This document shows positions 1 to 10,859 of a DNA stretch of 64,000 nucleotides, piece by piece. Within the stretch, counting starts at the first letter, position 1. Each line of letters starts with the position of its first letter. The position numbers and the translations under genes were made by a program. Below the pieces are notes generated by a model. The model did no database searches, was not told the origin of the DNA, and saw nothing but the letters and a program-made list of their open reading frames with translations. The DNA comes from an uncultured Gemmatimonadales bacterium (GTDB lineage Bacteria; Gemmatimonadota; Gemmatimonadetes; Gemmatimonadales; GWC2-71-9). The stretch is from the NCBI GenBank assembly GCA_963821525.1, contig CAWGED010000005.1, positions 1,088,001 to 1,152,000 on the forward strand, given 5' to 3'.

Positions 1-1678
1 ATGCAGCCGGGACCCGCGGCCTCGGTGACCATCACGCCGCAGATCACCCGCCTGGTCGCCGGTCAGCGGTTCATGCTGACGGGAGCCGCCTTCTCGGCCC
101 GGGGAGACAAGCGCGCCGACAAGATCAAATGGCGGAGTTCCGCCCCTCGGGTTGCTGATGTTGCGACTGATGGGCTACTCACGGCGAGCGCGCCCGGTAA
201 AGCAACGGTCACGGCCTCGGTCGACGGAGCCAAGTCGTCGTTTCAGGTTGAGGTACTGGCGGTCACCATCGGGTCGCTCGAGATCTCGCCTGCGAAAATT
301 GATGCGAAGCAGGGCGACGTCATTCGCTTCACCGTCACCGCGCGCGATCGAGCGGGCAAGAAAATCGAAGGACTCACCCCCCGTTGGAGTTTTTCTCCGG
401 GTGGGGGCCTCATCAGCGATGATGGAGCCTTCGTCGGCTACGAGCGCGGGCCCGTATCTGGTGACCGCGACCCTCGGCAACCGCAGTGTGGATGGGGCCG
501 TCTCCCTCGCTTATCGCGATGTTCGCCGCCCCGCCACCGTCGTCGGCCGGCTGCCCCGTACACTGTTCAGCACCGAAGAGGTCTGGGTTCACCCCGATGG
601 CAAGCACCTCTACCTCGGCACCGGTGGCGGTGGGGACCGGATGTACGCGGTGGACATCTCCGATCCATCGAATCCCGTCGTGACCGACTCGCTGATGGCG
701 AATACCCGGCGAGTGAACGACATCATGACGACGCCGGACGGCAAGTACCTGGTTCACACCCGGGAGGGCGCGGCGGACCGTAAGAACGGGATCGTCATCG
801 CTTCGCTGGAGGATCCGGCCCATCCCAAGGTGATCAGCGAGTTCACCGAAGGGGTGACGGGTGGCGTGCACTCCGCCTTCATCTACCAGCAGCCCAAGTA
901 CGGCACCCACATCTATCTGACTAACGACGCGACCGGCGTCCTGCACATCGTTGACATCAACGATCCCTATCATCCCAAGGAAGTCGCCCGCTTCAGCTCC
1001 CGCAGCGACCAGCAAGGCAACTACGTTCACGATGTGGATGTGAAGGACGGGCTCGCCTATCTGAGCTACTGGAACGATGGACTGGTCATCATCGATGTGG
1101 GGAACGGCATTAAGGGCGGCAGTCCTGACAATCCGCAGTTCGTTTCCCAGTACAAGTACGATCTCAACGAGCTTTATCGCGATGTCGAAGCCTCGGCGGG
1201 GCCCGGCTTCATCCGCGGCACCCACACCGCATGGCGCCACAAGAATTACGTCTTCATCGCGGACGAGGTCTTCCCGGCTGCGCCGGTGAAGGGCGCCAAG
1301 GATGCCTCCTCCTTCCGGGCTTACGGGCGGATGCAGGTCATCGACGTGAGCGACATCTTCCATCCCAAGTCAGTCGCCTGGTATGAGCCGGAATTTGGCG
1401 GGGTGCACAACGTGTGGGCCGAGGGCGATACACTCTACATGGGAGCCTACAACGCCGGGTTCCGTGCCTTCGATATCTCAGGCGAATTGCGGGGAGACTT
1501 GCGCGCGGAAGGCCGGGAAATGGTGCACGTCAATACCGCCGATATGAGCGGCCACACTCAGAATTCTGCTATGACCTGGGGAGTGGTTGTGAAGGACGGC
1601 CTGGCCTACGTCAACGACGACAACAACGGACTCTGGATCGTCAGAATGGAGCCGAGGCGGACGGAGCTGACCCCGTAG
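1..1678 (+). CDS. Ig-like (Big_2-type) domains plus LVIVD-repeat beta-propeller protein; 5'-truncated at window edge; one frameshift near 450
   Basis: ORF 1..783 gives Ig-like motifs (IKWRSSAPRVADVATDGLLTASAPGKATVTAS) up to GYERG. The protein continues in ORF 152..1678 (GPYLVTATLG...) with repeated AVDISDPSNP, IVDINDPYHP and VIIDVG motifs. Confidence 0.75.
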
Positions 1679-2279
1679 TCAGCGACTCGAGCAGGACCTC
1701 GACCGCCAGCGCTTCAGCGAGCGACATCCCGGCGCTGAGCTTTCGATCGAACAGCTCCAGCGACTCGAGGCTGGCGCGGAACAAGGCCCGGCAGGCATCG
1801 CGATTTGCGGGGTGGTCCATGCCCAGATCGTGTGCCGCCTCGAGCATTGCACCTTGCTCGACCAGCAGCCGGGCCATCAGGACGAGATCCTGACACCGCA
1901 ACTCTGCGAAGGTGACGTGCCGCTCCCCAAGCCCCGTTTCAGTCTGGGCGTGAGCGAGGTCTTCCAGGGCACAACCCTGGAGCTGGGCCAGAACGGTGAA
2001 ATGCCGGCCGTGGGCGTTGCGCACCGACATCCGCTGGCGGGCCAGGGTTTCGAAAATCGCCTCCGAGACGCTCGGATGCTCATCGGTTCCCAGCGGCGAC
2101 TGAATCCACAGGCCGGGAATCGGATCCTCCAGTTGTTCCCGCAACATCTCTCGAACCGCAAATCCGTAATCCTGGGTCATGGCTGCGTAGCGCCAGGCGG
2201 CGCCGCCCAGGGTGCCTTCGCGGCTCCACAGCTTGCGGAAGGCTTCCGTTTGATTCCGGTTTGGAGATCGTGGCAGCAT
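1641..2279 (-). CDS. hypothetical protein
   Basis: 212-aa ORF with protein-like composition filling the gap between two + strand genes; no family recognised. Confidence 0.55.
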   Translation of the reverse strand: MLPRSPNRNQTEAFRKLWSREGTLGGAAWRYAAMTQDYGFAVREMLREQLEDPIPGLWIQSPLGTDEHPSVSEAIFETLARQRMSVRNAHGRHFTVLAQLQGCALEDLAHAQTETGLGERHVTFAELRCQDLVLMARLLVEQGAMLEAAHDLGMDHPANRDACRALFRASLESLELFDRKLSAGMSLAEALAVEVLLESLTTGSAPSASAPF

Positions 2280-2374
2280 GCCCCTTCACAAAGCAGCATT
2301 CGTGCCGTTCGTTTACCCGCTTGCCCTGTGCCGCCAACCAATTGAAATTCAAGATCATACACCATAGCCCAGCG

Positions 2375-4042
2375 ATGGAACCTGACCCCCCGATGCCAAC
2401 CGAAGGAGGCCAGACGCAAGGGTTCCGCCTCGCTCCATGGCTGGGAATCGCACTGATTGCGATTGCGGCTTCTTCACAAGCCTCGGCAATGGCTTCGCGT
2501 ACGACGATGTCCATGCCATCCTGCGCAATGAACGAGTCCATTCCCTTGCCGCCCCGTGGGAATTCTTCACCCACACCTATTGGCCGCCCGGCAAGTACGT
2601 TGGCGGCTCCACGCTCTACCGTCCCGCTTACCACCATCGGCTTCGCCCTCCAATGGGTGCTCGGCGAGGGAGGCCCGCACCTCTTTCATTTCACCAACGT
2701 GTTGTTGTACGTCGCCTGTTGCCTCCTTGTCTTCCGGCTCATGCGGCGATTGTTGCCACTACAGATTGCCTGGCTCGCGGCAGCGCTCTTCGCGGCACAC
2801 CCTGTGCACGTCGAGGCAGTGGGCAATTGCGTCGGTCAGGGTGAACTCTGGGTGGTGCTGTTCGTGGTGCTCGCGGCGGCGCTCTTTCTCGAGGGGCGGG
2901 AGGCCGGACCGCTCTCCAATTCGTCTCGCAACAAGATCTACGGCTGCTACGCCCTCGCCTGCCTGGCCAAGGACAACGGACTGATCCTGCCGGGTCTTCT
3001 CATCTTCGCCGAGCTGACGGTGATCAAGGATCCCCGTCCTCTGGTTCGGCGGTTCAAGGCAGATGCGCCATTCTGGATCACCCTCTTCATGGTAGGAATC
3101 CTCTACCTCGTTGTCCGCACCAAAGTCACCGGTACTCTCGCAGGGGATTTCCCCCACATCGCGATCGGGGAAGCCACGGCGCGGGAGCGGGTGCTTACCG
3201 CATTGCGGATCAGTCTCGAGTGGGTGCGCCTCCTGTTATGGCCTGCCCACCTCCAGGCTGACTACTCTCCGCGGGACATCGAACGGGCCACTTCCTTCGG
3301 ATTGCAGCAGGCTGCGGGGCTTACGCTCTTATTGGGAGTCGGCGCCATCACCCTGGCCACCTGGAAGCGGCTCCCCGTCGTGGCATTTGGCCTGTGTTGG
3401 ACGGCGCTCGCGATTTTTCCGGTGAGCAATCTGGTGCTCAAGGCGGGGATTCTATTGGCGGAGCGGACCCTGTTCGTCCCCAGCGTGGGCGCGATGCTGG
3501 TGCTGGGAGGAGCGACAGAAGCGCTCACCCGTCGGCATCCCCGGGCCTGGAGAGCGGTGGCTGTGGCGGGTCTCGTGCTCATCATTCTGGGGACTTGGCG
3601 GAGCGCCCTCCGCCAACCGGTCTGGAAGGACAACGGGACGTTCTTCGCGCAGACCGTGGTGGATGCGCCGCACAATTACCGTGCTCACTGGTCTTATGGA
3701 ATGTATCTCTACGAGCATGGGGAGAGGGAAGCGGCCTTCCGAGCACTGCAGACCGCCATCACGTTATTCCCCTATGACGCCATCCTTTACAGCGACGTGG
3801 GCGACGTCTACCGGACCGACGGACACTGTGAGCAGTCGATCCCGCTGTATCAGAAGGCGCTCCTCCTGAATCCGGACCTCCGTTACACCAGATCCCGCAT
3901 GGCCTCGTGCTACATGAGGCTGGGCGATTATGGTTCGGCGCGCCTCGAACTCCGCAAGCTGGTCAACTCCGGGTATCCCGAATTTGAACCCCTGATCCAG
4001 GCGGTCGACAGCGCGGCGGCAGCCGCAGGAGCCTTCCGATGA
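2375..4042 (+). CDS. TMTC-like membrane glycosyltransferase (GT-C/DUF1736-like) with C-terminal TPRs; compensating frameshifts near 2470 and 2625
   Basis: GFAYDD and LYRP motifs in ORF 2437..2844. FHFTNVLL, LFAAHPVHVEAV, LAERTLFVPS and TPR helices in ORF 2261..4042. Confidence 0.8.
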   Translation: MEPDPPMPTEGGQTQGFRLAPWLGIALIAIAASSQASAMASRTTMSMPSCAMNESIPLPPRGNSSPTPIGRPASTLAAPRSTVPLTTIGFALQWVLGEGGPHLFHFTNVLLYVACCLLVFRLMRRLLPLQIAWLAAALFAAHPVHVEAVGNCVGQGELWVVLFVVLAAALFLEGREAGPLSNSSRNKIYGCYALACLAKDNGLILPGLLIFAELTVIKDPRPLVRRFKADAPFWITLFMVGILYLVVRTKVTGTLAGDFPHIAIGEATARERVLTALRISLEWVRLLLWPAHLQADYSPRDIERATSFGLQQAAGLTLLLGVGAITLATWKRLPVVAFGLCWTALAIFPVSNLVLKAGILLAERTLFVPSVGAMLVLGGATEALTRRHPRAWRAVAVAGLVLIILGTWRSALRQPVWKDNGTFFAQTVVDAPHNYRAHWSYGMYLYEHGEREAAFRALQTAITLFPYDAILYSDVGDVYRTDGHCEQSIPLYQKALLLNPDLRYTRSRMASCYMRLGDYGSARLELRKLVNSGYPEFEPLIQAVDSAAAAAGAFR

Positions 4043-4781
4043 CCCTGCAGGAGACCCGGCCGTTGCTCACCGTCGTTATCCCGGTATATAACGAAGCGGA
4101 TACGGTGGAGCGGCTGGTCGAGCGGGTGAAGGCAGTGCCGGTGGACAAGGAAATAATCCTGGTGGATGACTACTCCACCGACGGAACCGGCGCGAAGCTG
4201 ATGCCAATGGCGCGACGGCGACCGGATCCGGGTGCTGACCCATCCGAAGAATCGCGGAAAAGGTGCCGCGCTGCGGACCGGGTTTCAGGCCGCTCGCGGC
4301 GATCTCGTCATAGTGCAGGACGCCGACCTCGAGTACGACCCGGAGGAGTACCCCAAACTCATCAGGCCCATCCTCGATGGCCGGGCCGATGTGGTTTACG
4401 GCTCCCGGTTCGCTGGCGGCGAATCGCATCGGGTGCTGTACTTCTGGCACTACACCATGAACCGGTTTCTCACCTGGCTGTCGAACTGCTTTAGCAATCT
4501 CGTCCTGACCGACATGGAGACCTGTTACAAGGTCTTCCGCCGGGAAATTCTGCAGCAGATCACGCTGGTGGAGGACCGCTTTGGCTTCGAGCCTGAGGTA
4601 ACGGCCAAGGTTGCCGCACTCGCGGTGCCGAGTCTACGAGGTGTCCATCAGCTACGAAGGGCGCTCCTACGATGCGGGCAAGAAGATCGGCTGGAAGGAC
4701 GGCGTGCGGACCATCTGGTGTATCCTGAAGTTCAATATCTGGGCGCGGCAACGCCCCGTCCTGGTACCGGAGTCTCGCTGA
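4039..4781 (+). CDS. family 2 glycosyltransferase (polyprenol-phosphate glycosyltransferase-like); frameshifts near 4210 and 4630
   Basis: [33 protein letters not shown] and DMETCYK motifs. Stop TGA 4779-4781 overlaps the next ATG. Confidence 0.85.
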
Positions 4782-6031
4782 TGCATAGCACCACCTCCCT
4801 CTCGCCCAAACCGGTCGCTTCAGTCGAGGCCATCCGGGCTCGTTTTCCTGCGCTGCAGCGCGAACAGCGCCATGAGCCGGTCGCCTACTTCGATGGCCCG
4901 GGAGGGACTCAGGTGCCCCGAGATGTGGTCGAGGCGATGTCCGACTACCTCTACAACCACAACGCCAACACCCACTGGGCCTACCCCACCAGCCAGGAAA
5001 CCGATCTCGCCATCGCGCGCTCTCGAATTGCGCTGGCCGATTTTCTCGTCGCGCAGCCGGTTGAGATCGCCTTCGGCGCCAACATGACGACCCTCACCTT
5101 CCACCTCGCTCGCGCGCTCGGCAGCAAGTGGGGACCCGGTGACGAGATCGTCATTACCGAGCTCGATCATCACGCGAACCAGGCCCCCTGGACTCGGCTC
5201 GCCGCCGAACGTGGAGTGACTGTAAGGGTGGTCCCCCTCGAGCCCGAGAGCGGGCAGCTGGACTGGAAGGCGTTCGAGGAGACGCTCAATTCCCGCACCC
5301 GACTCGTGGCAATTGGCGGAGCATCGAATGCGCTCGGCACCATCAACGATATTCCGCAGGCCTCCCGTCTCGCTCACGCAGCCGGCGCCCTGATTTTCGT
5401 GGATGCCGTTCATCTGGCGGCGCACGCCCGCCTCGACGTCTCTGAGCTCGACTGTGATTTCCTGGCCTGTTCGGCCTACAAGTTCTACGGGCCTCACATC
5501 GGGATTCTGTACGGTCGCCACGAGCTGCTTCAGGAGCTCGACGTGCCAAAACTCGCTCCCGCCCCCAACGAGCCGCCGGAGCGGATGGAAACCGGCACTC
5601 AGAATCACGAAGGCATCGTCGGGGCCGGAGCGGCAGTTGAGTTTCTCGCCTCGCTCGCGGCCGGCAAACGACGGGGCGACCGGCTCGATGCGTCCTTCCG
5701 TGAGCTACACGCCCGTGGGCAGACTCTGGTGGAACAACTCTGGGAAGGGCTGCATCGGATCTCTGGAGTGCGGGTCTACGGTCCTTCTCCGGAACGCAAC
5801 CGCACCCCGACCGTGTCGTTTACTGTCGCAGGAAAATCGTCCGAAGACGTGGCGACGACGCTGGCGGCGAAGGGGATCTTTGTTTCGCACGGGGACTTCT
5901 ACGCCACTACCGTCGTCGCGCGACTCGGCCAGGAGAATGACGGTCTGGTCCGCGCTGGGTGCGCCTGCTACACGACGGAAGATGAGGTATCGCGTCTCGT
6001 AGCGGCGGTGCGGGAGATCGCGCGCAGCTGA
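4781..6031 (+). CDS. cysteine desulfurase-like PLP enzyme (aminotransferase class V)
   Basis: [26 protein letters not shown] and ETGTQNHEG motifs. Confidence 0.85.
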   Translation: MHSTTSLSPKPVASVEAIRARFPALQREQRHEPVAYFDGPGGTQVPRDVVEAMSDYLYNHNANTHWAYPTSQETDLAIARSRIALADFLVAQPVEIAFGANMTTLTFHLARALGSKWGPGDEIVITELDHHANQAPWTRLAAERGVTVRVVPLEPESGQLDWKAFEETLNSRTRLVAIGGASNALGTINDIPQASRLAHAAGALIFVDAVHLAAHARLDVSELDCDFLACSAYKFYGPHIGILYGRHELLQELDVPKLAPAPNEPPERMETGTQNHEGIVGAGAAVEFLASLAAGKRRGDRLDASFRELHARGQTLVEQLWEGLHRISGVRVYGPSPERNRTPTVSFTVAGKSSEDVATTLAAKGIFVSHGDFYATTVVARLGQENDGLVRAGCACYTTEDEVSRLVAAVREIARS

Positions 6032-6608
6032 GAGTAGTCGACCTTCACGGCCGAGCCGGGCGGTTCCGTTGCCTTCTCGCTCTTGGCAACGGGCCAATCT
6101 TGGGAATCGAGCGAAGCCTCGTCCTGGTTCTGCCACGCCTCGCGGGGGACCCGAGTCCAGGTGTCCTTGTGCGTCAGTGCTCCGATCGCAGCCCCAACTC
6201 CTCCACGCCGCCGCGCCAACGATCACGAGCTCCCGAAGCATATTCTCCCGCCGAGCAACAGGTGCGAAGCACGGGTCATTGTCAACGCCGGCGACCGCGG
6301 CAAGGCCCAGAAGCGCGCCCGTGGTCCCGCCGATCGCGGCGCCCGGTACCGCGCCTCGACTTGTGAGCAGTCCGGACCTCAACCTTACTGATCCAACCGA
6401 GGGGTACTCTCCGGGTTTGACCGTCGGAGGGCCGGATCACAAGGGCTGAACTGTCTCGCCCCATGAACTCTCCAGTGAAGCGGAATCCTTTCGCCCCCGA
6501 GACCCGAATGATTTGTCCGGGTCGGAGAGCTACCGAGGAGTCCTGGGCCGCGACTTGGCTCCCTGACAGGAGCGCTACAGCAAGACCCAGCATGATTGAG
6601 GTCCGCAT
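5968..6608 (-). CDS. secreted/membrane hypothetical protein with glycine-zipper helices; frameshifted, 3' end uncertain
   Basis: Signal peptide [22 protein letters not shown], then [13 protein letters not shown] and [10 protein letters not shown] segments spread over three ORFs. Confidence 0.55.
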
Positions 6609-6799
6609 CGATCCCGTCCCTTGGGAGTTGAGTTTCCGCGGCATAGCGCAGCGGTCATCCGAACCGGGATCAATTGTGGGGGCGTGGCATCAAGACCGCG
6701 TCAAGCCGGTTCCAAATCGTTGACAGGCGTGCCTTGCAACCACATCCTACCCTCCCTGTGTGTCTGCGACTCGCCGCAGCCACCGCTAAGTTTCGACCG

Positions 6800-8471
6800 A
6801 TGACACCCGTTACTTCCCCCGCGACCGATTCGAGCTCCAACCGGGAATTCCTTGAGCTGCAAAGGCTGGCATCAGGAAGCCGCCTTGCGGATGCTCATGA
6901 ACAACCTCGATCCGGCGGTAGCCGAGCGGCCGGATGAACTCATCGTCTATGGCGGGAGCGGGAAGGCGGCGCGGAACTGGGAGTGCTATGAGAAGATCGT
7001 CTCGACTCTCAGAAGGCTGGAGAATGACGAGACCTTGCTGGTTCAAAGCGGCAAGCCGGTAGGCGTCTTCAAGACCCACGAGGAGGCACCTCGGGTCCTC
7101 ATCGCCAATGCCCACCTGGTCCCTCGCTGGGCGACATGGGAAGAGTTCCGCCGACTGGAGGCATTGGGGCTCACGATGTACGGCCAGATGACGGCCGGTT
7201 CGTGGATCTACATTGGCACCCAGGGAATTCTGCAGGGCACCTACGAAACCTTCGCCGAATGCGCTCGCCAGCACTTCGGAGGCACTCTCGCCGGCCGCTT
7301 GGTCGTGACCGCGGGACTGGGAGGGATGGGAGGCGCCCAGCCTTTGGCAGCCACCATGAATGGTGCCGCCTTTCTGGGCGTAGACGTGGACGCCTGGCGA
7401 ATCCAGCGACGGGTGGATACCGGCTATTGCGACCTGATGACTACCAGTCTCGACGAGGCGTTGCGACTGGTCGAGGCCGCGAGACAAAAGCGCGAGGCGT
7501 TGTCAGTCGGGTTGGTAGGGAATATTGCCGAGGTGCTACCCGAGCTGGTCCGGCGCGGTATCGGTCCGGACGTAGTAACGGATCAGACCTCGGCTCATGA
7601 CCTCCGTCTCGGCTACATCCCGGCCGGACTCTCGCTCGAAGCGGCGGCGGTCGAGCGCGAGCGGGACGCTGACGGCTACGAAGCCCGGGTGCTGGATTCG
7701 ATGGTGGTCCACGTGAAGGCCATGCTCGAGTTGCAGTCCCGAGGCGCAGTCACCTTCGACTACGGCAACAACCTGCGCGGCCAGGTCGCCGACCGGCGGG
7801 GTCTCAAGCAGGCGTTCGACATTCCCGGCTTTGTTCCCGAATTCATTCGCCCTCTGTTCTGTCGCGGCGCGGGACCGTTTCGCTGGGCAGCCCTATCGGG
7901 GGATCCGGCCGATATCGCAATCACCGATGACGCGGTGCTCGAGACCTTTCCCGAAAAGGCTGACCTGGCTCGATGGATCAAACAGGCCAGAGAGAAGGTC
8001 CACTTCCAGGGGCTTCCCGCGCGGATCTGCTGGCTCGAGTACGGTGAACGAGCGGAAATGGGCCTCCGCTTCAACTGGCTGGTGAAGAAGGGGAAGGTGA
8101 AGGCGCCGCTGGTGATTGGAAGGGACCACCTCGACACTGGTTCCGTGGCCTCACCCAACCGGGAAACCGAGGCCATGCGGGACGGGAGCGACGCGATCGC
8201 GGATTGGCCGTTGCTTAACGCCATGCTCAATACCGCGTGTGGCGCGAGTTGGGTCTCCCTCCATCATGGTGGCGGCGTCGGAATCGGATACTCGATCCAT
8301 GCCGGCATGGTCGCAGTCGCCGATGGTACGGAGATGGGAGATCGCCGCCTGGCACGAGTGCTCACCGCCGATCCGGGGACCGGAGTCATGCGTCACGCGG
8401 ATGCAGGCTACGAGGTCGCGATCGAGACCGCCCGGGAACGCGGCGTGGATCTTCCGATGTTCGGATCGTGA
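6800..8471 (+). CDS. hutU: urocanate hydratase; frameshift in a C-run near 6815
   Basis: [51 protein letters not shown] and HHGGGVGIG motifs. Confidence 0.97.
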
Positions 8472-8486
8472 CCCGACCCACAAAAG

Positions 8487-8563
8487 AAACACAGAGAAAC
8501 GGAGAACACAGAGGGGGCGGAGCATGTCGATGGCCCCTCTGTGCCCTCTGTGTCTCAGTGTTT
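8487..8563. repeat. imperfect ~31-bp inverted repeat built of 9-nt CACAGAGnn units (REP-like hairpin)
   Basis: aaacacagagaaacggagaacacagagggggc (8487-8518) pairs with gcccctctgtgccctctgtgtctcagtgttt (8533-8563). Confidence 0.8.
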
Positions 8564-8575
8564 ATTCGGTGATCC

Positions 8576-9804
8576 GTGCCAGTACTACGATCCATCGGGT
8601 CGCTGGCGACCTGTCGAAACGAGGGGGCCAGTCGGATATCCATCCCATCCAGAACGCCGCTCTGGTCTGGGAAGGTGGAACCCTGCTGTGGGTCGGACCG
8701 GAAAAGGCGTTGCCTGCCGAGTACGCCGCCTGGGAGAGCTGGGACGCTGATGGTGCCCTGGTCATTCCCGGTCTGATCGACTGCCATACCCACCTCGCCT
8801 TCGGCGGCTGGCGGGCCGAGGAGTTCGAGCAACGAATCCAGGGGAGCAGTTACCTCGATATCGCGCGCAGGGGCGGCGGCATCATGTCCACCGTTGCCCA
8901 GACCCGCACGATGTCCGAGGACGCATTGCTCGATCGGGCTCGCGGCTTCCTCGAAAGGATGATGGCGCTGGGCGTCACCACGGTCGAATGCAAGAGCGGT
9001 TATGGCCTCGACGTCGAGACCGAACTCCGGCTGCTCCGGGTCTATCACCGGTTGGGCCAGGAAGGAGCCGCCCGTATCATCCCGACCTTCCTCGGCGCCC
9101 ACGTCGTTCCCCCGGAATTCCGCGATCAACGAGAGGATTACATCAAGCTTCTGATCGAGCGAGCTGATTCCGCTCATCACGGGGCAGGGCTTGGCGCGGT
9201 TCTGCGACGCCTTCGTCGAAGAGACTGCCTTCACCGTACTCGGAGGCTCGACGCATTCTTTCGGCCGGGAAAGCGGCGGGGCTGGGAGCCAAGCTCCATG
9301 CCGACCAGCTCAGTTCGAGCGGGGGTGCCGAGCTCGCAGCCGAATTGGGAGCGGTGTCGGCGGATCATCTCGAGTGTGTATCGCAGGCCGGCATTGCCGC
9401 GATGGCAAAGTCCGGATCCGTTGCGGTGAGCCTGCCGCTTGCGTCGCTCTACCTCAACCATGTCCCCTTACCGGCCCGCCGTCTGATCGAGGCAGGAGTG
9501 CCGGTCGCCGTCGCTACAGATTTCAATCCGGGGTCGGCGCCCAGCTACCACCTGCCGCTGGCACTCAGCCTCGCCTGTACCATGCAGCGGATGACGCCCG
9601 GCTGAAGCGTTGAAAGGGGCGACGATCATCGCCGCCCGCGCGCTCGCGATTGATGGGGTGACAGGCTCGCTCGAAGCGGGCAAGTCAGCGGACTTCGCCG
9701 TGATCGATGCGGGGAGCGTCAATGACTGGTGCTACCACTTCACGCCTAACGCGTGTCGGCGGGTGGTGGCGCGGGGCAGGGAGGTCGGAGCAGGGAGTCG
9801 ATAG
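8576..9804 (+). CDS. hutI: imidazolonepropionase; frameshifts near 8625, 9165, 9240 and 9600
   Basis: PGLIDCHTHL, GGGIMSTV, ECKSGYGL, FLGAH, SADHLE, ATDFNPGS and GSLEAGKSADF motifs; directly follows hutU. Confidence 0.92.
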
Positions 9805-9836
9805 TCGGGAGTCGAGAGTTCAAAATCGTTGGTCGT
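9795..9836. repeat. degenerate 7-nt tandem repeat at the hutI stop
   Basis: gagtcga tagtcgg gagtcga gagttca aaatcgt tggtcgt. Confidence 0.6.
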
Positions 9837-9873
9837 AGGCAAACTTGAAGTCGCCCAGGGCACGAAACCCGGA

Positions 9874-10827
9874 TCAGTTCTCCGGCACTACTTTCCAGGT
9901 CGAGTCTGGATTGTATCGCTCCATCGCCTTGAACGCCTCCGGCGTATCGTCCCCGAAGTCCTTCTCGTATACGATCCCGTCGTGGCTCACGATGAAGATC
10001 TGGATCCCGGTTACCCCGTAGTCCGCCGGCGAAGCCACGAGGGCGAAACCCCCGATCATCGCACCCTCCACCACGAAGTCCAGCTCGCCCAGCGGCGCCG
10101 CCGGGCCCTGGCCCTTCAGGACCTTGAAATAGTAGCCGTGGAAGGGCTGCGTCTTGGTGCTGTAGCCGTCGGCCACCGCCTCCGCGATCCCCTCGCTCAC
10201 CGGACCTTCCCATTTTCCGGCTTTGGTGCGCCAGGCCAGTCCGTCCTGCTTCCCGGGGCTGCTGATGATTCGCTGGGCGTACTGGTTTACATAGGCACCG
10301 TCGTGCTTCACTGACGCGTATTGTTTCTGGGCCTCGACGTAGCCCCGGCAGATTTGGATCGCGTCGAGCTCGTTGCGGCCTACCCGGCGGCGCAGGATCT
10401 CGTCAACGCCTGCGGCCGCATCGAACCGCCATTGGTCCCCGTCCGCCACGATCGGCATCGGGAGCGGCCAGTGGTCGGGGCCCACGTCGACCGTTACGGA
10501 CTTTCCGGTGGAGTCGCGCTCCAGCTTCATCTGGGTCCGCGCCTCCTTGGCCCAATCCATGGCGTTCTTGCGATCGAGGACGGTGTCCTTGCTGGCGATG
10601 ATATCCTCGGCCTCCGACCCCAGGATCTCCCGCAGCACCGGCACGTTGAACTGCTCCGCCGCCGCTACGAGCGCCTCGGCGGCTGCCTCGGGCGTCGGGA
10701 ACGCCTTTCCGGGAACGATGGGTCGCTCTGCGTTCTCCTTCCCCCCGCAGGCTGCGATTCCGAGTGTGACGACCGTGAGTGCGGCGGTGAAGCCGAGACG
10801 GGACGGGACGATGCGCAGCATGCTCAT
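9874..10827 (-). CDS. DUF2950 family protein, probable lipoprotein
   Basis: Lipobox LGIAAC; FPTPEAAAEAL, WPLPMPIV, RRVGRNEL, PFHGYYFKVL and GIVYEKDFG motifs. Confidence 0.88.
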   Translation of the reverse strand: MSMLRIVPSRLGFTAALTVVTLGIAACGGKENAERPIVPGKAFPTPEAAAEALVAAAEQFNVPVLREILGSEAEDIIASKDTVLDRKNAMDWAKEARTQMKLERDSTGKSVTVDVGPDHWPLPMPIVADGDQWRFDAAAGVDEILRRRVGRNELDAIQICRGYVEAQKQYASVKHDGAYVNQYAQRIISSPGKQDGLAWRTKAGKWEGPVSEGIAEAVADGYSTKTQPFHGYYFKVLKGQGPAAPLGELDFVVEGAMIGGFALVASPADYGVTGIQIFIVSHDGIVYEKDFGDDTPEAFKAMERYNPDSTWKVVPEN

Positions 10828-10859
10828 GACCTGGACCGTGAATGGATGACGCATGGACA

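Noticed and set aside
4232..6031. Apparent GT2-cysteine desulfurase fusion (599 aa)
   Set aside because: Produced by an indel near 4630; the true GT2 frame stops at TGA 4779-4781, overlapping the desulfurase ATG.
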